The position numbers were made by a program, and so were the translations under genes. DNA of 64,000 nucleotides from Eledone cirrhosa (lineage: Eukaryota). The notes under the pieces were generated by a model, which made no database searches, had not been told where the DNA came from, and saw only the letters and a list, made by a program, of their open reading frames with translations. Position 1 is the stretch's first letter. Every line of letters starts with the position of its first letter. This document shows positions 27,458 to 63,001 of this stretch, piece by piece. The stretch covers positions 22,258,001 through 22,322,000 of the forward strand of contig OZ024759.1 in assembly GCA_964016885.1 (NCBI GenBank), in the 5' to 3' direction.

Positions 27458-30400
27458 AGTGTATGTATATATATACATAAAAACAAAACCTGTCAAAGGA
27501 CAAAGGAGCTCTTAAGAGTCAATGGCCATCCAAAATCACCGGGAGAGATGACCCCTTAGCCTTTGTCAAGGCAGAATTCTAGGAGAAGGAAAACTCTGAT
27601 ATAACACCTGCAACCCTGATGGTATCCAATGATGTTGACTTGTTCTTCTTTTTGGTAAATATCATCTTGGTTAAGAGAGTGGGACTGGCTCTGTGCAGTG
27701 CCTTTGTTCACTATAAACGCTTCACGGCACAGGCATTGCTTTATATCTGGAAATCTCTCTGCACTTGTCATCACATGGTACCATGAGCCCAGCACTATGT
27801 GTCAATAATTGTCACAAGTGTAGTGTTTGTACCAGAGTTTTCAAGTCGCTGGCTGGACTAAAAAGTCGGCGCATCGGTAGGGGTTCTCCTACATGGATAT
27901 AAAGTAGTGGCTGTACTCGAAAACGAGTTGGCAGCCACCATATATGTATGTATGTAAAAGGTAAACAGAAATAACAACACAATCACTACAGTATATGGAA
28001 GGAATATATTAGTTTAATGCTTGAAATAGCAGGAAGAGGGTCCTTAACATTTCAGATGCTAGTCCTTCTTCATAGAATGAGAAATTAGAAAGTAATATAT
28101 ATATATATGTATTTGCGTCTACATTGAAATACGTTCCCGTTCGTATTTCCATGTAGACGCAAATACGCTTATGTGAGAAAGTATATGTCTACGTACTATT
28201 ACGTATATGCGCATGGTTGAGTTTGTGTATGTTTATGTTCTGGATATTTATTTATATATTTTTTCCCCCTAATTCCTTTTTGTCCGTTTTTTCAGCCTTA
28301 CTTTCATATTTCCTAAATTTTGTTTTCAAATCCATATTTAATAAAAACACCATGTTATTTATTCATTCTGATGACTGAAGACAGACATAACATCTGCCTT
28401 CAAGAAACCACTAGTAAATGAAATAATTATCTTATGTTGTTTATTACATAACTAATAAGCTCTGTAGCCTACATAGAGCACTTTTTTTTCCTGTACCTTT
28501 CCGACGGAAATACTACATATATATGTATATATGTGTATATATATATATATAAGTATATATGTATCATCATCATCATCGATTTTATGTCTGTTTTTTATGC
28601 TTGCATGGGTTGGACAGGTCCTTCTCAGTACTTGTCTGTACACACACACGCACACATACACACATGCATATATATACATAAAGCTACTTAGAATAAAGCC
28701 TTCTTGAAAAGAATGGAATATTCCGAGAGGAATAAAGAACATAGAAGCAAGTACGTGATAGACTTAGCCATCTTTAGAATTGTTAGATAGATTTTATGAG
28801 TAAAGCCAACTGGCAGGATACTGAGAGGTCGTCCCTGAGCAAAATAGTTGGATAACATCTATGAGCTCAGTTAGTCTTGCTTGGGGACAGTTGCTTCTGA
28901 TAGGACCTGCAGGAAGGAATGCTTGAGGACTCTGCCCCAACGACCCTCCCAAGTATAAGTAAGCAAATAATAATAATAATATTGATGATAATAATATTAA
29001 TCATTTGTATAGCCATTGCTGCTGACACAGCAACAACAACAATAATAAAAATGGTTTCTACTTTAGGAAGAAGGCCAGCAATTTGAAGGGGGAGAGGAAA
29101 GTCGATTAAATCGACCCCAGTGTGTTACTGGTACTTTATTTTATCAACCCTGGAAGGATGAAAAGCAAAGCTAACCATAGCAGGATTTGAGCTCAGGGCG
29201 TAAAGGGCCATAACTCTATGTCATGAAACAAGTTGTCCGACGCTCTATAATAATCTAATAATAATCGTTTGTATTGTCATTGTTGCTGACACAACAACAA
29301 TAAGAAGAAGACTATTATTATATTGAATTCTTATAAAACTATTTCTATTTCTTTTATTTATCAGAGTGAATCTACGACAGCAAATGCGACTTGCAGAGTT
29401 TGCTTGGAAAAGGTGAGTTCTTCTTCTTTATCTCTTCATGTTCACCTCTTCAGATCTTTTCTTTTTTCTGGAGTATCGTCTGGTCTAGTCATGGTCTTGG
29501 TCTCTTCCCATCAGAGGCATAACTAGGGAAAATAGTGCCTATGGCATACAGTGAAATTGTGCCATCCTTTTGTCCTAGTGGTGACAGGGAAACAACCAAC
29601 AATATTGTTTCTGGGTTATTGTCCTTTGTAAAGATTGTGTATCTATCTTTTGTCACTCATGGCTGTTTGCTTGCAAATGAATCAAATATTATTAGTATTT
29701 GATATAAAACTCATGTATATTAGATTATTAAAAGACAAAGGAATAGCCCAATCTTATTTCTTTTGCAGTATTCCCTGGAAGAAAGTCATTACTGGCTGCC
29801 AAAAGGTACCAAAATCAAACACTGGATCCAAGTTTCCTTCGTTTTGATAGCGATGGTGGTTTGTCCATTTGGAACATATGCAATCTCACGCAAGATCGTG
29901 CCAACCTATGTACAGGCATTAGTTATTGGATTCACAGCTATATTTGAAATAATAAGCATGAAGTAAGTAATAATGATCTTCTTCTTCTTCTTTTTCACAT
30001 CCTCCTCCTTATTGTTGCCACCATCTCTATAAATGATATATATGTAAGTTGATAATATGTAAAAATAAACTCTGATGATGCCAATTTTCAGCCTATTCCC
30101 ATTGGCTGCAGTATAAAATCATAAGGAAATTTGGATAATTCTTTAGAAAAAAAATTTTTAAAAGAATTTTTAAAAGTATTTAAAAAGTTTTCCTAGTATA
30201 TTACAAACGCTGTGTATAATTTTAATCAGTTTTTCCGATGATTTGATTAGGCATACATTGTATTTAAAATTGAGAGACACAACTTCAAGTGATTAGCAAA
30301 TTTTAGACAACCTAATCAATGAAACAATTGTTAATACTGTAAATAAAACTCTTTTTGTACTGTTGACCATGTTATTCTTCACTCTTTCACTATTATTACT

Positions 30401-30864
30401 CCAAGATTAACCTGCATAGGAATTCCCAAGAACTCACAACCTAACTAAGGAAACCTCTTGTTGAGTCAAACAACGGCGTACGTTAAAACTATCCACAATA
30501 TGGAGTGTTCACAACCTATAACGATAATTTGTTATCCCATATATATATATATGAAATATAAAGACCTATAAATAATTGCAAAGTAACATTCCAATACCAT
30601 TGTTATTATATTTTTAACATTTACTGTCCATTTTACATTGTGGTAGCCTTCAAACAAAACATTATTTTCTTCTCTTTTTTTTTTGTTATTTTCAGGATTC
30701 TAGCAGTTAATGCTGTTAGCATGTACAAACGTGGAAGGCTTTCATCTGTTAATATAATCGGCAAACAAATACCGCCGGAAATTCCTTCAACTAGCACACA
30801 AAACATCGACAATGAAAACCTTTCCACAGCCAGTAATAACAAAACTGTTACTATTCCAATGTGA
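13461..30864 (+). CDS. Uncharacterised EGF-like + 7TM + RING-CH (MARCH-type) + 2TM membrane protein, 13 coding exons, about 549 aa (547/545 with alternative exon-4 acceptors)
   Basis: Exons 13461-13595, 14353-14454, 15585-15722, 17000-17101, 17250-17396, 18526-18621, 19410-19558, 20743-20841, 26518-26648, 27161-27300, 29365-29412, 29769-29962, 30696-30864. All introns are GT-AG with compatible phases; total 1650 nt, open from ATG (in-frame TAA upstream) to TGA. Confidence 0.9.
13720..14325. repeat. (CCA)n/CTCAA compound repeat (intron 1)
   Basis: Seen directly. Confidence 0.95.
14353..14454 (+). CDS. Receptor-ligase exon 2 (6th EGF Cys, TM1)
   Basis: ttccag|[34 protein letters not shown]|gtaagt. 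Confidence 0.9.
14700..15400. repeat. About 57-63-bp ACC-rich minisatellite (intron 2)
   Basis: actaacactaccaacaacaccctcacctctatc(acc)n units. Confidence 0.95.
15585..15722 (+). CDS. Receptor-ligase exon 3 (TM2)
   Basis: ttacag|[46 protein letters not shown]|gtacgt. Confidence 0.9.
16576..16875 (-). mobile_element. RTE-type LINE 3' fragment (inverted relative at 32090-32260)
   Basis: [11 protein letters not shown]...[12 protein letters not shown]...GRTRLTYVD...RDRWRELV. Confidence 0.75.
17000..17101 (+). CDS. Receptor-ligase exon 4 (TM3); start could be 17000, 17006 or 17012
   Basis: (FQFQ)[30 protein letters not shown]|gtaggt; three in-frame AGs 6 nt apart. Confidence 0.8.
17250..17396 (+). 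CDS. Receptor-ligase exon 5 (TM4)
   Basis: tttcag|[49 protein letters not shown]|gtaagt. Confidence 0.9.
18078..18432. repeat. About 120-bp higher-order tandem repeat
   Basis: ccacctggccccagggtggtaaacttaa...cctaatttaa subunits. Confidence 0.85.
18526..18621 (+). CDS. Receptor-ligase exon 6 (TM5)
   Basis: tggcag|[32 protein letters not shown]|gttagt. Confidence 0.9.
19410..19558 (+). CDS. Receptor-ligase exon 7 (TM6)
   Basis: gttcag|[49 protein letters not shown](K)|gtaagt, phase 2. Confidence 0.9.
20743..20841 (+). CDS. Receptor-ligase exon 8 (TM7)
   Basis: taacag|[32 protein letters not shown](S)|gtaaat. Confidence 0.9.
21660..22045. repeat. 48-bp minisatellite, about 8 units
   Basis: Unit tttttgtcgtgacacctacatgaccactttacagtgtgggttgggcac. 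Confidence 0.95.
22050..22575 (+). mobile_element. Decayed RTE LINE RT-region fragment
   Basis: [15 protein letters not shown]...[18 protein letters not shown]...NYRGIKL...[11 protein letters not shown]. Confidence 0.8.
24860..25310. repeat. 89-bp tandem repeat, about 5 units
   Basis: cctggaattcctacaaacagc recurs at 24942, 25031 and 25120. Confidence 0.9.
26518..26648 (+). CDS. Receptor-ligase exon 9 (cytosolic linker)
   Basis: atgcag|[43 protein letters not shown](G)|gtaagt. Confidence 0.85.
27161..27300 (+). CDS. Receptor-ligase exon 10 (RING-CH ligands 1-6)
   Basis: ttacag|[46 protein letters not shown]|gtaagt. Confidence 0.92.
27478..27945. repeat. About 470-bp dispersed repeat with an inverted copy at 32985-33460
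   Basis: Direct reverse-complement match by eye; the ORF track gives near-identical peptides on opposite strands. Confidence 0.9.
28362..28422 (+). ncRNA. Type I hammerhead motif, paralogue of the 35485 copy
   Basis: TTCATT-CTGATGA-stem II-GAAA-C cacta G-TA-AATGAA. Confidence 0.65.
29365..29412 (+). CDS. Receptor-ligase exon 11 (RING-CH ligands 7-8)
   Basis: tatcag|[16 protein letters not shown]|gtgagt. Confidence 0.9.
29769..29962 (+). CDS. Receptor-ligase exon 12 (TM8-TM9)
   Basis: ttgcag|[64 protein letters not shown](K)|gtaagt. Confidence 0.9.
30696..30864 (+). CDS. Receptor-ligase exon 13 (C-terminal tail, stop)
   Basis: tttcag|[55 protein letters not shown]. Confidence 0.88.
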
Positions 30865-33751
30865 ATTGCATTTTCTCCCCTTACAAACTAAGAATTAAAA
30901 GAGGGGAGGAATTAAAGCAATTCCAAAATTGCTACTTAATATAGAATAGTAATGGTAAAAAAAGACTCTACCAGAAAAAAACAAAACAAAAAAAAATCTC
31001 TGCTGCTGCTCCAGTATGGCCTCAGCCTATATATAATATTTATTTTTCATTTCATTTTATTTTTTAGCTTTTATAATCTCCAGTTATACAGATATTCTTC
31101 AAACTGCCTTGGAGGTTAAGAAGAAGAAGCAAAGACTGATAAACTATTCTTAAACATTGCAAAGCAATGTGAGAAAATATATTTTTTAACCCTTTTATTG
31201 CCATATTTCTAATGAAAATCGTTGCTTATTATTTCACGGGTATTTTTTTACCTGACTTCCTTGCTGTTGATATCATTGACAGCATTCGGCTGTTTCAACA
31301 GCTGTTTCTCGCCCCTCCCCCGAGTCTTCAAATTTTACTTTGAATTTCATATATTCTCAATGCTTCATCTCAATAATTTTTGATACACCCAATCTTTGTT
31401 TAATTTAGAAAATATTGAAGAATCTGGAGGGGGTCATTGATGTCATTCGGCTGTTTCAACATTCCTTGCGTTTGAGTTTTAAAATTTTTCTATGAATTTC
31501 ATATAATCCCAATGCTTCATCTCAATCTCAATAATTTTTGATACACTCAATGTTTGCTTAATTTTGAAAAAAAAAATCTGGAGGGATCTAATAATTGTTT
31601 CTACAATAGGCACAAGGCCAGCAATTATTCCAGTGTATTACTGGTATTTTATTTTATCGACCCCCGTTAGGATGAAAGGCAAAGTTAACCTCGACGGGAT
31701 TTGAACTCAGGATGGCAAGGGCCGTAACTCTATGCGTCAAAGCATGGCGTCCGACCCTCTACCCATACTGCCAATTCACCATAACCATATAACTAAGATT
31801 GTATATGCCTCAACACCAGCATAAACCAAACCCGTGCTATCCATGAACTCAAGCAAACACAAATCATAACCTCTTACCCACAAAACCATTCCACATCAGC
31901 CACAAACTAAATTCAAACACATCCTTCAAATAATCCCCTATTTTTCCTCACCTTCAGCCCAACACTATAATACGAGAATGTTCCATTTGAGTTTTCTACC
32001 AATAATTTTTTGATCTTGCATTTTTTAATTCATTTGACAACCTTTTTACTGAATTTAAGTAAATTTTAAATTATATACGTACATACTCCTTTGGGAGCCC
32101 CTACATGGACACACTAGAAGAGGAAGACCAAGGTTAACATATGTTGATGCCCTAAGGACAGACACTGGTCTGTTGGAGATGCAGGATATGGCAGCGATAA
32201 TGAGGGACAGAGACCGCTGGAGAGAACTCGTCCATGGATCTCGGGAATTTTACCCGCCTTAGATAGATACGTACATAGACATACCTGAGAAGAGGATTGC
32301 AGCATCTCCACAGTTGATTGTCGTCTCTTATTGATTCTTCGTTGTCATCCCATCTGTGTCCATGACTTCGTAGATGACTTTGTAGACCAGCTGTAGATCT
32401 GGATGGTTTATGACACAAGTGACAAAAGCGAGTTAAGCTTTACACAGGACTGGTGGGGGTCATCCTGTGGGACGTAATTTTGATGCACCACCATGTGTTT
32501 TTTTAGCCCAGAACTACACATACCAACCTACATACATACATACATACATATAATGACTGCATCTTGGTCTTGAGAAATGCCATCCCTTGATCTTTTTCTC
32601 ATACAAGGATGGGAATAACATGACTTTTTAGCCCCTCCAAGGACTTAGATTCTTTTCTGCACATGCTACAGCAAAAGAAAGAAAATAAAAAGCCTTTATC
32701 AGCTATAACCAGCCGTGTTCACGCAACACACATGAAAGTCGTTTAGATAAAGTGATGCCTGTGTTTGAAACTTTTTTAAAGTAAAAAAAGGCCTTGAAAT
32801 AGACCAATCCCACTCTCTGAATAACACTGACAGGTATCCCAAAAAAACAAACAGGTTAACATCATTGGCTACCATCAAGTCGCAAGTTTTATATCAGAGT
32901 TTTCCTTTTCCTAAAATGATGTCCTAACAAGAACTAGGGGTCTCTCACTCCCAATGGGCTAACTGATATATATGTATATTATACATATGGTGGCTGCCAA
33001 CTCGTTTTCGAGTACGGCCACTACTTTATATCCATGTAGGAGAACCTCTACCGATGCGCTGAATGAGTGTGACTTTTTAGTCCAGCCAGCGACTTGAAAA
33101 CTCTGGTACAAACACTACACTTGTGACAATTATTGACACATAGTGCTGGGCCCATGGTACCATGTGACGACAAGTGCAGAGAGATCTCCAGATATAAAGC
33201 AATGCCTGTGTTGTGAAGCTTTTATAGTGAGCAAAGGCACTGCACAAAGCCAGTCCCACTCTCTTAACCAAGATGATATTTACCAAAAAGAAGAACAAGT
33301 CAACATCATTGGATACCATCAGAGTTGCAGGTGTTATATCAGAGTTTTCCTTCTCCTAGAATTCTGCCTTGACAAAGGCTAAGGGGTCATCTCTCCCAGT
33401 GATTTTGGATGGCCATTGACTCTTAAGAGCTCCTTTGCCCTTTGACAGGTTTTGTTTTTAGTCCTGCAGGATGTCCAAAGTCATCCTCCTCACCAAGAAA
33501 CATTGGTGGGGTTGCCAGTTTAGTCGCCAACGACCCGACCATGAGACAGGTTGTACTGGGATACATGTTACCAGTAACACCAACTGGTGACCTCACATAC
33601 ATACACACATGTATGTTTAAGAATATATATACATTTGTTTTGTGTGTATGGCCAGTCTTGGAGGTCAGTAGACCCACTTCAGTACTGACTCGATCTGTGA
33701 AAACCTGTTCAACACTTGCTAGCTAGGAAAGCAGACATTAAATGATGATAA

Positions 33752-33798
<47 letters not shown>

Positions 33799-33873
33799 CC
33801 ATACACTACTACTCCAAATATCGAGTACTCTGTTGAATAATGGTCTAACCCGTTTCAAACTGTTTCTATCCTG

Positions 33874-33918
<45 letters not shown>

Positions 33919-35484
33919 CTATATATGATGTTTTTATTTTTATGAATTTATTTTTTCTTTAAAAGTGTAAATAAAATATACAAGAACTTTAATAATTAAA
34001 GTTATTATTTATCATTCCATTACAACATTTCTGATATAATATGAGGGTATACTGAATAGTTCATAGGCTGACAATGGAGTGATGCTAGAGCTGTGAAATC
34101 TTGCATGCATTAATTTCAAATCTTCTTATCAATAATTGCATTGTTTCTTTTCAGGGACTATGTTGACAAATAAATCTCATTTGGTCATTCCATGAGAGTA
34201 CCCTGGTCAGCCTATGAATTTTTCAACTGACCCAAATGTGAAACAGAAATGGTTCAAAACAAAACAAACACTTGACCTATGTGTCTGAAACATGCATGAA
34301 GTCGATATAGTAGCCAATCTGCTGCTTGTATTTCTAATTTATTATTTATCTGTGGGTTTTCTGGTTGATGATAATGGCTTCTTTGATTCTTAAATTGCCC
34401 ACATTCTTTCTGTAGCCTCTATGGAGTCCTCAATATCTTGGCTGCAGATGTTTTTTAACAGAAGAAGCTCTTGTCATCATGTGTTCCTTGATCTGTATGG
34501 CTGCATCCAGACAATACTTTCGATGTACAAGGAGCTACATTTTTTTTACCTGTGACTTTGTAGACCACCTATGCTCTCATGTACACTTCTACTTTGTTGA
34601 TGGGACAATTAGGAAGTGTGCACATATCGTTGTATGTAGGTTGGTGTTCTCATTTACAGTGAGTACTGGGTGCTTTTTGCCGTGTCACCATCACGACAAC
34701 TTTACAGTGTTTGCTGGGTGCTTTTTGTTGTGTTGTCATCACGACCACATTACAGTGTGAGCTTGAAGCTTCACTAGATGTATGCTTCAGTCAGTCCTCA
34801 TAGGAGATGTATGGGAGGGTGTGTTGCATTCTATATATATGCTTCAGCTTCAGCCTGTGCCTGTGGGAAGGCAGGCCTTCTGTACTATGGCGTGTTTTAT
34901 ATATATATATATATAATAAAATAAACAAACAAGCAAATAAATAAATAAATATATAGACAGACTGAATAAAAATGGCGTAGACATACAATACAACAGGAGG
35001 AAAAGATAGCACCACTGACGATATTGCAGATGTGCAACGAAAGATTTATGATAAACTATATATATGTGTTTGTGTCTATATTGTATCTGTATTATTTTTG
35101 ACCGTCGGTCAGTCAATGGCAACATTGAGGACCGAGTAAGTTAGATTACCGATATAAAAGACACAGAAGCGAGAAGCGAAAACCAACCAAACAGTGAGTG
35201 TGTTCTGTTATTAATTCTGGCAATATTACACAAATATGACCCTCCCCAAGTATAACAATATATATATATACATATATTGTATATAGATAATGTATTATAT
35301 TATAAAGAATCAAGGGTCCTGACTCTTTATAATATAACCATACTCTACTACCCCAAGTATCGAGTACTCTCGTAAGTAATGGTCTAACCAGTTTTAAACT
35401 GAACCCATCCTGATTAATGTATATATATATATATATATATATATAGGTTTTCAAATCCACATTTAATAAAAACACCATGTTTTT

Positions 35485-35544
35485 TTTCATTCTGACGACT
35501 GAAAGCAGATTTATTTGCTTTCAAGAAACCACTGGTCAATGAAA
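35485..35544 (+). ncRNA. Type I hammerhead ribozyme motif
   Basis: TTTCATT-CTGACGA-c-TGAAAGCAGA ttta TTTGCTTTCA-a-GAAA-CC act GG-TC-AATGAAA: intact core and three stems. Confidence 0.8.
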
Positions 35545-37726
35545 TAATTATCTTATGTTGTTTATTACATAACTCATCATCATCATCATCATCACCGTTT
35601 TACGTCCGTTCTTCCATGCTAGCATGGGTTAGACGGGTTGTCCTGTTGTTGGCAGTGTCTGGTCGGCTGACCATGCCATGTTCATACAGGAACTGATTTT
35701 GGCTTGGTTTCTACAGCTGGATGCCCTTCCTAACACCAACCTCATTTACAGTGAGTGCTGGGTGCTTTTTTCCGTGGCGCCTACACGTTCACTTTACAGT
35801 GTGGGCTGGGTGCTTTTTTGCCGTGGTACCTCCACGACCACTTTGCAGTGGGAGGGTGTCGGGGCATATTGTCTATATGCTTCAGCTTGTACCCATGGGA
35901 GGTCGGGTACTCTGTATTACTGCATTATATATATATATATGTTGTAATATCACTGGACAACATCGGTGGTGTAGAGGGGAGATTGGTATGTATGGGTGAT
36001 TGCTAGTCTCCCACAAACAATACCTTGTGCCAATGATATTCCAGAAGAGAACAAACATTACAATTGAAAGAAGAAAAAGGAGGAGGAGAAAAAGAAGAAA
36101 ACAAAAAAAAAGAAGAAAAAGAAAAAAAAGAATGAAAATATGTCCAAAGATAAAAGACATTATAAAAGATATTATCTTCAGTAACATTTTCAAATTAAAT
36201 AAAATTGATTTCACTTTCAATTAATGTTGAGTTTTTATTTAATAAACTTGAAATTTGGTAAGTGCCCGAGCAGGCAGAAATTGTGAATTCATTTCTGTGG
36301 AGGATGGCAAGTGAGATATGCTGAAAGAGTCTGTCAACAGTGAAACTTGCTGTGATTCATTCTTGTCAGTGACCAACTCATTCCATCCCAATAAGGCGGT
36401 AGCTCAGAGATCCAGGACACCAGAAGTTGCCATGTCTATGAGTTCAATGGAGGACAACTGTGTGAGATTTCAGTGAATCTGGCTACTATTTCTAGCTATT
36501 TCGGTAAGCATGTATGACATGACACTACTACATCTTGTATGGCTTGTTAACTCAATTCTGAAGATAGTGATGTTGGTGTTTTTATTTTGCATATAGCGAA
36601 CTAACAAGCAGAGGCATAACCAGGGAAAATAGCAGCTATGGCAAGCAGTGAAATTGCACCCCTGTCCAGCACTGTATTTTTACCTATGGGCCTAATAATT
36701 TATATAAATGGTTTTTAATGATCCAGCCACCATAGTGTTCTCAGCCATGATAATCAGAGACAGATCATACATCTGAAGGAGTTTCTTTTTTCACTCTCCG
36801 ACGAGGCTTATTTGACTTTAATAGAATGTGCTGCTAGTCCGAGTGGTGCGCCTAGTCCATGTGATGCTGGCATGTGCCATGCTTGTCACACCCTAGTTGC
36901 ACCTCTGCTAACAAGGGTCTATACAATATAAATAAAATACAAGTAAATCTATTCCACATGCCACCACCATAAATGAAACTTAAAGGTCAGTCCCTTTCGT
37001 AGTCCCGGCTGACAGGATGGAGAAGACATTGCCCTGGAGGATGGCGACAAGACAAAAAGTGTCCAGCCCACACTCTAATGTGGTTGTGCAGGTGACACAA
37101 CAAAAATCACCCAGCACACACTGTAAATGTGGTTGGCATTAAGCTGTAGAAACCAAGCCCAAATAAGCCCTGGGTGAGTGAAAGACCGTCCACTGACTAG
37201 ATTCTCTCCCAAAGGGTCAGCCCGTCCTACCCATTCTAGTGTGGAAATGGACTTTAAACGATGATGATGTTGATTATATATATATAAAATCATCATCATC
37301 ATTCTCATCATCATCGTTTAACGTCCATTTTCCATGCTAGAATGGGTAGGACAGGTTGACCATTTGGGAGAGAATCAGGTCATATATATATATATATATA
37401 CAGCTTACAGATGCTAGAAAAACCACAAACTCTCCATCTCAATTCTACTTTTGAAAAGCATAAGAACCGTGAAACCCGTAAAAGAAACAAATAAATATTC
37501 TCAAAAGACTCCAGTTGCATTTTCGATTTCTTTTCCTAATACTCTCATTTGTGTAGGACATCTCATTTTTTTTCATTTGAAAAAAACAACTCATTTTTTA
37601 ATACACACACATATATATATATAGAGAGAGAGAGAGAAGTAGTAACACAACAGTTAGTTCACCATACCGAGAACAATTGTTTCACCTTAACGGATCTTCA
37701 GCTCGCATTACCTTCCAGTGTTCTAC

Positions 37727-37759
<33 letters not shown>

Positions 37760-38834
37760 CTGTATATTATTAATAAGCAATAATCATGCACAATTATTTA
37801 ATATTTTTTACCCAAATTGTTTTAGAGAAGGGCCTCAAATCTCATATAGCTTTGGGCCTCAGCAGGTGAAAGGCTGGCCCTGCTTGTAGAATGACCCTAG
37901 TCCTACAACTATTTGCTGAAGCGCAGCCTGGCAAAGCTGCTTAACTGATAGCAGTTAAACTTTAATTTAATCCAGTACAGCTTGGATTAAACAGATTATT
38001 TGATTAACCTGACTGAGGAATGAGCTTCTTCAAGATGAATCAAACTAGAGAAAAAGCTATTACTTTGTTAAGCATAGCATTTCATAGACACTTGCAGCTT
38101 ACCATAATTCTCAGGGAGATTCAGCATGACACAGTGTATGACAAAGCTGGTCTTTTGAATTACAGATATAGACCATCTTGTAAATTTAATGTAAGTGGCT
38201 GACATTCTATAGTCACTTCCAGCTTACCATAATTCTCAGGGAGATTCAGCATCACACAGTGTCTAACAAGGCTAGCCCTTTGAATTACAGGTACAGTTCA
38301 TCCAAACATCTATAATTCAAAAGGCTGGACTTGTCACACTATGTGTCATCCTGAATCTCCCTGAGAACTACGTTACGGCTACGTTAATGTCCATGGAATG
38401 CTCAGCCACTTATCCTATATTACCAGATGGACTGTACCTGTAATTTAAAGGACAAGCCTTGTCACATACTGTATGATGATGAATCTCCCTGAGAATTACG
38501 TTAAGGCTGCACCTATCTATTGAATGCTCAGCCACCTAAACGTTCATTTCATGTGCCGACTGTTCCGTTGATCGAACGATTGGAACACTGATCGTCGAAA
38601 CCGACGGAGGCCCATTTGGGATTTGAACTCAGAACGTAAAGGGCCATAGCTTTATGCTGCAGAGCATGATGTCTGACGCTCTACCGATTCTGCCAATTCA
38701 CCGTCCAAACAGCTATACACACACACACACACACGCTCGCGCATGCAACTCCCCTCCGCATCCACACAGACACAAATAAACTGACACAGACACATATAGA
38801 CACAAACATATACACAAATAAACACCCAGGGACA

Positions 38835-39006
38835 GCCAATCTGACACAATCTGTTCATTGATGTAAGCGGCCCTACATCTGACACAATCTGTTCATTGTT
38901 GTAAGCGGCCTTACATCACTCACTCTCGCCATGTTATGTGAGGAGTGAGTGGAGACATAATTAAACTTATAATTCTATTATTTATTAACATTACTAATTG
39001 GTCAGT
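38835..39006 (+). promoter_or_regulatory. Probable SNRNP200 promoter/5'UTR
   Basis: Immediately upstream of the ATG; YY1-like CGCCATGTT at 38927-38935; about 38-bp tandem duplication. Confidence 0.45.
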
Positions 39007-63001
<23,995 letters not shown>

